Position numbers and translations under genes: made by a program
The notes under the pieces: model-generated
Told to the model about the DNA's origin: nothing
Seen by the model: only the letters and a program-made list of their open reading frames with translations
Database searches by the model: none
Shown: one piece after another, positions 28,333-40,139 of the stretch
Layout: the number at the start of each line of letters is the position of its first letter
Numbering within the stretch: the first letter of the stretch is position 1
Assembly: GCF_963921235.1 (NCBI RefSeq)
Contig: NC_086118.1
Coordinates: 29,638,001-29,702,000, forward strand
Source of the DNA: Mobula hypostoma
Taxonomy: Eukaryota
Direction: 5' to 3'
DNA length: 64,000 nt

Positions 28333-28544
28333 CGTTTCCCTTGCATCAAAACACCTACTGGGAAGGAAGAGATCTAGTTAACGAACAACAAGGGCTCAAA
28401 ACAAAAACAAAATCAACAACATTGTTTAGAAACAGGATGCCCTTGAAAGGAGGAACTACTTATTCTCCGTGTCAGGGAATTGGAAGGTATGCGGTACCAG
28501 GAATTCAAGCCTTTGAATACGCCCACTCCAAGTTCCATGAAAGC

Positions 28545-29020
28545 TCACTCAAAAGCAACTTGCCGCTGCCGACCTCTCTCCCTCCCTCATCCAACTCATG
28601 ATCCGGCCAGTGTACCCTCCAAACTTAACCCCATCATGCCGCTTGGTTGCCATTAGCACCGGTATCCCTCTCACCCTTACGCCGCCGACAATGGCAGGCA
28701 GCGGCCGTCCGAAACTTTCGGGCAGGCGGATGGATTGGTAAACAACACCGAGGCCCAAGCTCCCTCTCTGGTACCCAACAACCATCCCGCCACTGCCCGC
28801 AAACTTACCGGCGCCTCGCCTGGCCTGGCGTGTCCAAGCTACTCCGGCCAAATTGCCGTCGATCCCGAGCCAAGAGCGCGGTCGCCGGGATCACAGTGAA
28901 CACCGGCCCCAAGACTCCACGGCAACCGGGCAGCTGGCTGTCTGCGCCTGCGCACCTCGCCCACAGCGGCCCGAGTGTGACGTAAGAGCCAGCGTGATGA
29001 CGTAAGAAACTCTATATAAA
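28545..29020 (-). promoter_or_regulatory. CpG-island promoter of SEC14L1 with NRF1-like and two CRE/ATF-like sites
   Basis: GC/CpG-rich island in an otherwise CpG-depleted window. TGCGCCTGCGCA at 28943-28954; TGACGTAA at 28978-28985 and 28998-29005. Confidence 0.75.
28809..28950 (-). other. SEC14L1: Probable non-coding first exon of SEC14L1 (5' end uncertain)
   Basis: CG|GTAAGT donor at 28808 on minus strand inside the CpG island; no ATG in the segment. Confidence 0.6.
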
Positions 29021-29408
29021 AATAGCAAAATGCCCCGAAAAAATAGATCGCTGTTGCGTACTGAAAATAACTAAGATGTACGGTAGAAAATATTACTCAC
29101 CGTTGAAAATGTCACTGGCTAGGAACTGCAAAACCATTACTCGCCATTGCAAATGTTACTCATCGTCCGCAAATACAAAAGAACACACATTTCAAACATC
29201 ACTGACCAAAAACAGCAAAAGCAATTTTCATAATCGGGAAATATAACTGACCAGAAAATGTAAAACACGACTCGTTGCCAACAGAATGTAACTGACTAAA
29301 TGTAGCAAATATGCTACTCACAATCAAAAATACCCACTCTCCTAAAACTCAACAGACACAGGAGTAATAATGGTCAGAAAATGGAAAAATGTTATACACT
29401 GAGTATAA

Positions 29409-30276
29409 AAACGTAAACACGAGGAATTCTGCAGATGCTGGAAATTCAAGCAACACACATCAAAGTTGCTGGTGAACGCAGCAGACCAGGCAGCATCTGT
29501 AGAAAGAGGCACAGTCCAAGTTTCAGGCTGAGACCCTTCGTCAGGACTACTGAAAGAAGAGTTAGTAAGAGATTTAAAAGTGGGAGGGGGAGGGGGAGAT
29601 CCAAAATGATAGGAGAAGACAGGAGGGGGAGGGATGGAGCCAAGAGCTGGACAGGTGATTGGCAAAAGGGATATGAGAGGATCAGGGGACAGGAGGCCCA
29701 CATCCCATTTGTATTATGACTTCCGCATCCCATTCCCATTCTGATATGTCTATCCACGGCCTCCTCTACTGTAAAGATGAAGCCACACTCAGGTTGGAGG
29801 AACAACACCTTATATTCCGTCTAGGTAGCCTCCAACCTGATGGCATGAACATTGACTTCCCTAACTTCTGCTAATGCCCCACCTCCCCTTCGTAGCCCAT
29901 CCGTTATTTATTTATATACACACATTCTTTGTATCTCTCTCTCTCTCTCTTTCTCCTCTGGCCCTCTGACTATACCCCTTGCCCATCCTCTGGGTTTTTC
30001 TCCCCCTCCCCCTTTTCCTTCTCCCTAGGCCTCCTGTCCCATGATCCTCTCATATCCCTTTTGCCAATCACCTGTCCAGCTCTTGGCTCCATCCCTCCCC
30101 CTCCTGTCTTCTCCTATCATTTCAGATCTCCCCCTCCCCCTCCCACTTTCAAATCTCTTACTAACTCTTCCTTCAGTTAGTCCTGACGAAGGGACACAGC
30201 CGGAAACATCGACTGTACCTCTTCCTAGAGATGCTGCCTGGCCTGCTGCGTTCACCAGCAACTTTGATGTGTGTTG
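29409..30276 (+). mobile_element. 5'-truncated Penelope-like insertion with inverted pseudo-LTR
   Basis: GIY-YIG C-terminus SHSHSDMSIHGLLYCKDEATLRLEEQHLIFRLGSLQPDGMNIDFPNF at ~29720-29874; inverted arms 29451-29698/30028-30276; 15-bp TSD atacactgagtataa. Confidence 0.9.
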
Positions 30277-30461
30277 ATACACTGAGTATAATGTTATTAC
30301 AAAAGTTATACAAAACTCTTCTGCAAGCTAAATATAATATTACCAAATGGAAATGCTAAAAACTCAATTTACAATTGCGGTGCAACACAAAAACACTGGA
30401 GGAATGCAGCAGGTCAGGCGACATCTATGGAGTGAAATGCACTATGACGATAACCCATTTA

Positions 30462-31059
30462 AGGCCAATCTATACTTCTGCGTTAAATCTACGCCGTAGG
30501 TACAGCGTAGCCGCATACCCTACGCTGCAGCCTGACACGCACCTCCCCAAAAATGTAACTACACCTTGTGGTGCCCCAGACCGCAACAACTGTGATTGGT
30601 CCGCTTGGTAGCATTGCTTGGAGACGATGAACCAAATTGTCAAATCTACCTGCCGACATCCGAAAATATTTGAAATGCATTTCCTCATCCATGTCTCTCA
30701 GTGGCCGGACAAGCACAGAAAATTCACCCTCCTTCTGCCTCAATCCGTTCAATGGTCGTACACACCATCTCCTCCGACGTCCTCTCTCTTTTCTGCATTG
30801 CAGTAATTTCAATAAAAGTAACTCTTGTTCAACATTTATTAGCTCCAACTCCAACATGATGCACTCAGTTTCAGTCGCCGTTTTTGAAGTAAACAAACTC
30901 AGCACGAACAATCTCAACACAGTGGCATAGAAACCCCACTGCCAAATAGCGTTTTGGCAGTGAATTGCAGAGTGACGCAGACACACCAACGCACAAATAT
31001 AAATGCTCACAATAGCATAGGCTACGACGTAGAGCCTACGCAGAAATATAAATCAGCCT
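30462..31059 (-). mobile_element. Non-autonomous PIF/Harbinger element retaining transposase N-terminus
   Basis: TIRs aggccaatctatacttctgcgt / acgcagaaatataaatcagcct; RRWCVRPLNGLRQKEGEFSVLVRPLRDMDEEMHFKYFRMSAGRFDNL is typical of Harbinger transposase N-termini. Confidence 0.8.
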
Positions 31060-31734
31060 TTTGTGTGCAAAGTGCCGATTTGTTATGGTGCTCCAATCGA
31101 AGTACATGAAGGTACATACATACCTATGCTTCAAAAAAGATGGCCACCGGGACTGCCTGTTGAGTGATGCTGTGACAAGAGTGGGGAGGATGAACCCCTG
31201 ACCTTCCCATTGCCATGACCTGCAGTGCTTGGAATCTGGGCCACATGACTGGCTTACTAGCAACAACAGAGTCAATGGTTTGGTGTGAAGAGGCTATCTG
31301 TGAGGGATACTATTAGGTAGCAGTCACACAACAATACAGCACTGCCCAGGCAAAACGGAGAAATAGAGCCAATTGGTGAACCTGCCAACCCCAAGGACTC
31401 CTCTTGAGTTGTTCAAAGTGACAGCAGCTTCACATGTGCAGCCAAGAACCATCTTTGGGGATTATGAGAGCTTGCATGATTGGTCAATCACGCTAACTGG
31501 AATATTACAAAAATAGCTTGCTGAACACCAGCTCTATCCCGACCAACATTCAATTTTCAACCTGAATCCTTGTCAATGTAATTTTTTGCTGTTGTGCTCA
31601 TCTTCATCTTCACCTTGACTTTCCTTTGTGTGCTGCGACCCATTCCATCCATGTCAACCTTCTGCCATTGTCAACAGTCGATAGGCATTCCCAGTTCGTG
31701 TTCTTTTTTTTTGTTTTAATTTAACCCCATTAAT

Positions 31735-33800
31735 GATGGATAAGTACATAAATACACACGGTGTGATCTCTTTGAGTCGGAAGGAGGTGAAGCCTTAAAT
31801 TCTAATCTTGCTAAGAAACAGAAACTACAGAAAATGCATCAATACAATGTTACATTCCTGGAGTATGGTTTTATTCTGTTCCTTTCAGATCAGGAATGCC
31901 CCAAGTGTCTTATTTGTAATACTATACTGTCAAATGAAGCCATGAAACCATCTACATTGCAGGAACACTTCTGCAAAAGACACCCTGAAAAGGCTACTTA
32001 TGGTATTATTCAGTTTCAGAAGATGAAAGAAGCATTTGAAAAGCATTGCACACTAGGGTAATTTGACAAGGAAGCCAAAAATGTCCTTGATAGTGGTCTC
32101 ATTGCTTGTTATAACATTTCCAAAATGATAGCAAAGTGTGGAAAATATCATACAACAGGTGAAAGATTAACAATGTCTGTTCTATCTGAAGTGCAAACCA
32201 CTGTTCTTAAAATGGATACCAGTATTTTAAAATCATTCCCTCTGAGTAATAATTCTGTAGCTCATCGTATTGACAAAATGAGTGAAGACATTGAGTACCA
32301 ACTATACACAGAGCTACAAAAAATAGAATTTGGTTTACAACTGGATGAGTCAACTGTGCAAGACAAAGAGGCATTGCTAGTGTTCGCAATCCATTGTGTA
32401 ATTCATCGTCAACATTTCCCAGCCAAAAATGCCAGCCAGCAACTTTTTTTCAAGCATGACTCCAGTAATATCTGCTATCACCAAAATTAAAGCTCATCCA
32501 TTAAATAGCAGAACATTTTGCCAGTTATGCCAAGATAATGATGAAGAATTTGAACGCTTACTTCTTCACACTGAAGTGTGTTGGCTGTCATGTGGCTGCC
32601 GCTTAAAATGTTTCTTTGATCTTTTTGACACTGTGGTTGAATTTTTGCTCAAAACCAACAATAGCTTGGGAAACAAGACTTAACTTCTACATAGAGATGA
32701 GGCATACCTAACCAATCTGTATGACAAAATGAGCATTCTAAATATGAAACTGCAGGGTGAGAATTTCAATTTAGTCCAGGAAAAAGTGCAGTGTCCACTT
32801 TTATCAGTAAATTGGAAATATACGAGCAAAACATTGGGAGAAGAATGTTCTCACAGCTCCCTTGAATGGAAAGTATGGCACTTGCTTTCACAGATGGTGA
32901 TTCACAAGAGTACTGCTTACACCTGCAGTCACTGAAGAAGGAATTTCAGAATTGATTCAAGTATTTAAACAATCCGGAAATTCTGGACTGGGTAATTAAC
33001 CCATTTCTTTGCAAGGTGGAAGAATAGGAAGAGAGCTTGCAAGAAGATATTTTATCAAAATTCAGAATGATGAAGAAACAAAAATGCTTTCCGAAAATGT
33101 CGGCATTTGTGGTATGTGGCTACATACAAAGTTTCTTGGTCTTCAGAGAAGAGCCAAACTGCTTATCATTGCACTTTCATCTACCTACCTTGTTGGAGGA
33201 GGCTTCAGTGCAGTGAACCACATACTCACAAAAAACAGAAACCATTTGGACATTGTTACGTGTGGGGTCTTAAGGCTTTTATCGTCACAATTTGAACCAG
33301 ATATTTCAACTCTTGCTAAAAACCATCAAGCTCAAGGATTCCATTAATATCGAAGCTGCTGTACAACACACAGATACTGTGTAAGATAGGATGTATCTCG
33401 GCATCATCATGGTATTGAATGATGTTTTACTCTGGCTGGGTATGTTTTTTTTCTTGATCCTGAGAAAAAATATTTTGTTAAGTACTACCTTGTCCCTGCT
33501 GAGTAACAATTTGGTGCTGTTGAGGTGTTATTTCAGGTCAGGCAGTAACATTATACAGCTACACTGATGGCTTAGCACTCAGCATATGCTAAAGACAAAC
33601 AAAAATTTAAAGCAGAATAACTCTTCTCCTGTTAGCATATGGTAGACATGTTTTGAGATTATGGGGGTGCCGGAAAGTATATTGTGCCTAAAAGAGGTGT
33701 TGGCAAATATGAAGGTGCGTTGGGGGGCGTTGGCAAGTATGAAAGTGCTTTCCGGGGGGGGGGGGGGAGGCATTGGACAAAAAAAGGTTGGGAAACACTG
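31735..33800 (+). mobile_element. hAT (Buster/Charlie-type) transposon, transposase pseudogene 31735-33347 plus right TIR
   Basis: BED finger PKCLIC...LSNEAMKPS...H...HP, GLQLDEST, HCVIHRQH, LLLHTEVCWLS, STYLVGGGFS; frameshifted. TIR aaaaaggttgggaaacactg ends at 33800. Confidence 0.9.
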
Positions 33801-36459
33801 CTCTGAAGTAACAAACTCTATGGACAAAAGCCATAATTTAACTTGTTACCATCAAGGACAGGAGAGGGCAGGGGTTCATGATGAGTTCCCAACGCAGCAG
33901 CAGTGGCATAAGTAACGCATCTCTATATTTAATCTTTAGACTAATCTTTTTAGCACCGATTGCATTAGACTCTCCCCATGGGGGCACATGCTGAGTGCTA
34001 AGCCATCAGTGTAGCTGTATAATGTTATACTGCATGACCTCAAATAGCACCTCAACAGCACCAAATTGTTACTCAGCAGGGGCAAGGTAGTACTTAACAA
34101 AATATTTTTTCTCAGGATCAAGAAAAAAAAACATACCCAGCCATAGCAAAATTCAATGCCATGATGATGCTGAGATACATCCTAGGACGTGCTGGGACAC
34201 TTTATCAGTGATGTAAACTGAGGTCATCATGTGTTTCTGGTCTTTTAACTTCAGGCAACGCCCCCCTCCCCCCAGGTGACCCAGCCAGGATAGATCAGGC
34301 CCAGGCTTGTGACCCAGCGGCATTAGTCCATGGGCCACACCTCATGATCAATAGACATCTGGAGGCTCGCTCAGCAGACTTTGTGACGGACCTGGTGGCT
34401 CATTCCTTTGCAGCCCTCGTAATGCCAAGGAGAGAGTAGACATCAACAAAACATTGACAAAAATATTTTTGTTCTGTTACTGATAATATTACAGAAAGCT
34501 TTTCTACTTCGGCACGGACTGGAAGGGCCGAGATGGCCTGTTTCCGTGCTGTAATTGTTATATGGTTATACTTTCAGTGTATACCTTCTTCTAACAGAGC
34601 AAAACTAATAGTCATGTTTCCCCCTCATTACTTCCCTATTGTGTTCAACTTATACTCTCTCACAAGTCCAACAACTGCATTTTGATTCTTTTGACAATAC
34701 CTATATTAGGGGGTAAATTTTAATTGTCAATTCACCTTTCAGCATGCCCATCAGATATAGAAGAAAACTAGAGCACCTTGCAGGAATGCAGAGTGAACTT
34801 GCAAACCCCACACAGATTGCACCCAAGATCAAGAGTGAAGCAAGTTCTTTGAATATGTGAACATTGGCACTAATTGCTGTGCACCCAATTATAGACTATG
34901 GCCATCAGGCAGAGGGTACAAGAGCCTCAGGGCTCACACCACCAAGTTCCAGAACAGTCACTACCCCACAACCTTCAGACTCTTGAACAAAGGGGTTAAC
35001 TACACTCACTTGCCCATCCTTTGAGATGTTCCCGCAACCAATGATCTCACTTTAGGGACTCTTTATCTTGTCATTTACATATTCTCATTATTTATTGCTA
35101 TTTATTTATATTTGCATTTGCTCAGTTTGTTGTTTTCTACACTCTAGCCAATCTTCCATTGATCCTGTTATCGTTAATATTCATTAGATTTGCTCAGTAT
35201 ACCTAAAGGAAAATGAATCTCAGGGTTGTATATGGTGACATCTGTGTACTTTCATAATAAAATTTACTTTGAACTTTGAACAGAACACATAGGTAATCTG
35301 CTGCATAACATGTATTGGTTTTATTTAACTTGTATGTATAAAAGGGGTCTTTATTTTCTTTTTGGGAAGGCCAGATATTTGCTTGACATCTTTCCTCATG
35401 GTATTTGAAAGAACAAAATATCATTAATGTTTCATTGAAATATCATCATTTTTGATGATTACAGCCACCTGGGATGTGTCATCCTTCTGAAATAATCTGA
35501 AAAATAATTTTCATTAAATTTGCTTCAAAAAGAACATCTTTAACAATACCATATTATTGATATCCTTTAATAATATTGTTTAAGTGTATCTTGAAACTTA
35601 GTGGTGGATTATGACCATCAATAACCAGAAGTTTGGGAGAGTGTGGGAGTGGAATCTATTTTTGCAGCAGGACCACCACCCATTTCCAGCCTGTTCACTT
35701 CCAGGTTTAGCAGGACCATGTTCGATATAGAGAAAACCTATTCTATAAACTTGGGGGATTTTGCAAATGAATGTACTTTTTGGTGCACTTAATATCAAAA
35801 GTTTAATGAGGCATTTTGGAAATTTTTTCTATTTGGTTCTAAATTTAACTTCATCCAGTCAAATTCCTCTGAGCTTATGAAGTTGGCAAGGGAATCAGAG
35901 GCATGTTTGAACAACAGTTCAGGTGTACATTAAGGACAGCATTCTCCCATCTGAATAAAGCACAATTTTTGCATCTGTTGTGTTAGTTCTGGCATGCAAA
36001 TGTTTGACAGGGTGTGTTTGTTAAAATATATTTTGAGCAATACACCAAGATTAGGAAGAGCACTTCCTTGGGCATAAGGACTGTGACAATCTACAACAGC
36101 CATAAAATCCTGCGGTGGAATTAATACAGGAGGGAGCTACACAGCAGGAAGTTGCACAGGAGAGGTGCACAGCACAGAAAAGGATGTCATGTGGCAGGAG
36201 AATCTATCTACAACATAAGGTTTGCTTCTCACTTCCCTGGGCCAACAGAAGATTTTCTTCAACATGTGGTAGCAGATGACCCTCTTAGTGGGTCTAGGAC
36301 CACATAAAACCAGTGCCTGTAAAAGGGATTATTTCCCTCAATGTTTTTTTTTGCCTCTGGGAAGTACCGCGGGCAATAATATTCAAAGTTTCCCTGCCAC
36401 CCACACATAAATACAAAAGGGAAATCACATATGGCTTGTTTATCAAACCCAATAATGAT

Positions 36460-36965
36460 TTAGAAACATGGAGTCAAAGATTTGTACAGCATAGAAACGG
36501 GTCCTTTAACCCATCACATATTGCTAACCATCATGCCTATCTGTACAAATCCTATTTTATTGTGAGAATTCCATATCTCTTTATGCCCTGCTCATTTAAG
36601 TTGCCTCTTAAATATTATTACTGTTCCAGCCTCCATCAACTCCTCTGGCAGCTCATTCCAGATAATATTTTTTTAGTGTGAAAAACTTACCCTTGATATC
36701 TCCTTTAAACCATCTTCCTCATATCTTAAATCCATGCCCTCAAGATTTAAACACCCCTACAATGGGAAATAGACCTACCTATGCCTCTCATAATTGTCAT
36801 ATTTCTCTATCATGTCACTTTGCAGCCTCCTTCACTCCAGAGAAAACAGATTTTGACTGTCTAATCTCTCCTGGTAACTCAAGCTATCCAATCCTGGTGA
36901 CATCCTTCTGAATCTTCTCTGCATCTTTTCTAGCTTAATTATGTCCTTCCTTCCTATCGTGTGAT
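36460..36965 (-). mobile_element. CR1 3' fragment
   Basis: RKDIIKLEKMQRRFRRMSPGLDSLSYQERLD...LFSLE. Confidence 0.8.
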
Positions 36966-38269
36966 GACTGTTTCCCCTGATTTCCCCTGAGATGAAAATA
37001 GGCAGTGATTGAAAATTCCCCTGGAAGAAAGTACCATTACTATGGCAATCCAAAAGCAATGACACCACCTAACAGTTTTGATAAACCACAAAGGATGATT
37101 TCAGTAATGCACACATGAGAACAATTACAAGATAACATTCCAACATGTCACATTAACATTTTCTGAACCTCTGTGTGCAAACTCCTAGCAAATTACATTT
37201 TGTCCATCTGCCATTATATCACTTCTAAGCAATGCATTCCATTTGTTTCAGCAGGACTCAAGGAGCTGCTCCCAAGTGTAACTACACTCCCAGAGTCCTG
37301 ACACAAAGCTGCCCCATCTGCACCTTTAATGCTGCCTTCTAAGCTATTACAGCACAGGCAGATTTTTGGATACTGGCTGAGTGGTGTCTGGGAGGGTGTT
37401 ACATAGAAACATAGAAACATAGAAAATAGGTGCAGATTGAGTGTTGGGTAAGATAGAGTAGTATCTTCAGGAGACGCTGACTCAAGAAGGTAACATCCAT
37501 CGCCAAAGTCCCCCACCATCCAGCCATGCCGTCTTTTCACAGCTACTATTGGGCAGGAGGTACAGAAGCCTGAAGTCCCACCCCAGCATGCTCAAGAACA
37601 CCTACTACCCTTCAATCATTCAGTTCCTGAACCAACAAGCTAAACTCTAATGGCCACAGTTTAGCAACACTACGACCACTTTGATCAATTTGCACTAAAA
37701 TAGACTTCTGATCTAATTGTGCTTTTCTCCTGTAAAGTTTGCATATAGTTTATGTTTTCTTGTGAATACTTCTTTATAAGGAAATGGGTCAATGATGCTG
37801 CTGTAAGCAAATATTTCATTGCACCTGTACAGCCAATAAACTCTGACTTTCATTGATCTTAGTGTACTCTGATTTCCAGCTCCTCTTCTTTTAAAATGAG
37901 TACATTGATTCACCTTTGGCACTTTCCTCTTAGCAATAGCCCCTAGGATTCTGATGGCGCTACATATGAGTAGCACTTGGGGATATTGTATCCTCAGTGT
38001 GGACAGTTTATACCTGTTCCTACCAACAATGTCTCCTCATGCAGTATAAGGAGAAAGATAGTATTGGGCGATAATGCAGACATGAGGTCAGAAACTACCT
38101 AGAAATTGCTGAGTGGAAAATCCATGAAGCAGTGTAATTGAGCAAAATGTAAATCTGCATTAAGAAATATTCCACATAATATAGAGCAGAGATAAATATT
38201 GCATTTCGATTCATAAACCTGAGAATGGGATTATAACAAAAATAAACATTTTTACTCAGTATTTTTTTT

Positions 38270-38534
38270 TGAGTAGGCCTTTCTGGTTCTTCAAGCCACG
38301 CCGCACAGCAACCCACCAATTTAAAACTAGCCTCATCATGGGATGACAATTTACAATGATCAATTAACCTACCAACCGGTACATCTACTGTGGGAGGAAA
38401 CCAGAGCACCCGGAGGAAACCCACATGGTCACAGGGAGAAAGTACAAGCTCCTTACAGGCAGTGTTGGGAATTGAACTCGTGTCGCCTGTACTGCAAAGC
38501 GTTGTGCTGACCACTACATTACCATGACGACCCA
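38270..38534 (-). mobile_element. tRNA-derived V-SINE, near full length
   Basis: Homologous to 4036-4312 in reverse orientation (gggaggaaaccagagcacccggaggaaacccac; gggaattgaactc). Confidence 0.85.
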
Positions 38535-39094
38535 CATTTTTAATCTGAGGCTGTAGCCTATGTGAAACTCACTTTAGATAACAGAAAATCACAAGAAAAC
38601 CCAAACATAAAATAATCTACTTCTGTTTATGTACTGCAAACAATTTCTTATTCAATTTAATATTTCTTAATATTTAGAGGTTTTAAAATGTTAATATTGA
38701 TATAGATTGAATGAGAACAAGACTAATTTTAATAGCCTCATTAGAAAGCAGTTTCTTTTGCACAGTTAGTATAAACATAGTAACAAAATGAACATATAAA
38801 AACTGGAGGAGAGGCTGTACTCGGTGCTGTCGCAAGATCGAAGAAGATGGAGGTGCATAGCAGCCAACCCCGGATTCAGGACAGCACCCACTGACTGACT
38901 GACTGAGTAAGATGTCTAAAACACTTGTGGAGAATGGCCATTTTTGTGGATGTGCCTCCTTTCTGGGCATACTGATACCTGTTTGGCGCTAGTCCATGGA
39001 GCAGTGATTCATAATAGCTCTCTTGATCCTCCCCTCTGAACACTCACGGATATAAACCCCAAGACTTTTTTTTTTAAAAAGGTTTCCATTTGAG

Positions 39095-40130
39095 CTACAC
39101 GTTAAGTGATAACTGTGCACTCAATGCATTCTCAGAAGCTGACGTGCAGAGAGGCTGGGACAACTCTGTCCGACTCTGTGGCATCTTCGGCCTCACAATT
39201 AGCACAAAGAAAGCAGAAATTATGCACCAATCTGCACCAAACACCCCACATCCAGAACTAAACATTCTTGTGAATGGTCAGAGGCTGTCAGTAGTGGACA
39301 AGTTCACATTTTCTGGATAAGTCAACATTGACGACAAAGCCAACAGTAAGAAGGGTGAGAAGGAAAGCATTGGAATAATGAACAATCAGCCTAAGGATCA
39401 AGCTGAAGGTGTATCACCTTTACTACAATGCTCTCCTCCAGGAGTTTTTACATTTTATTCTGCATTGTTATTGTTTCACTTTATTCTAGCTCAAATCACT
39501 GAGAAATGACTTGACCTACATAAACAATATGCAAGACAAGCTTTTCACTGTATCTTGGTACACGTGACAATAATAATCCAATCATACTGGTCATTTTCAG
39601 TTTATGCCTACAGGACTTGCAAAGTGCACAGCAGACACAGGCATGCTAGACAGCTTAACCACCTCAAGATAACCGTCCTGTGCAGAATATTTCACATCAA
39701 GTGCAAGACAAGATTCCAGACACGTAGATTCTGAACCAAACAAACCTCGCCAGAATTTGCAGATTGATGAAAGAAGTACAGATATGGTGGTCAAGACATG
39801 TCAGAAGAATGCACTATGACAATGTACCAAAGCACTACTTTATAGAGAGCTGATTGAGGGTAAATGATCACACGGTAGAGAGAAAAAGAAATTCAAATAC
39901 CCTCTTAGGACATTCTTTTAATGTTGATACATTGGGAATGACAAGCACGGGATTGTCCTGTCTGGTGTACCTGAAAGAACGAGCTCACTCATATGAAGAA
40001 GCTAGAATGACGAAAACAAAGAGGCAAAGAGAATCTTGAAAATCATCAACAACTGATGCTACAGCAGCCCTACATCTCTGGCAACATTTGAGCTCAGATT
40101 AATTACTCAGCTATCAGTACACATGTATTC
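39095..40130 (+). mobile_element. RTE-clade LINE remnant
   Basis: DNCALNAFSEADVQ...FGLTISTKKAEIMHQSAP...VNGQRLSVVDKFT. Confidence 0.8.
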
Positions 40131-40139
40131 TATAGTGCT

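Noticed and set aside
28549..28985. ORFs of 100-112 aa in the CpG island
   Set aside because: Expected by chance in GC-rich DNA; no recognisable domain; overlap promoter and UTR.
29087..29340. CRISPR-like array or other prokaryotic system
   Set aside because: Repeats are degenerate and irregularly spaced; the window is spliced vertebrate DNA with no cas or operon-like genes.
31735..33347. Domesticated ZBED/Buster gene
   Set aside because: Multiple stops and frameshifts, catalytic Glu region altered and TIR retained: a dead transposon.
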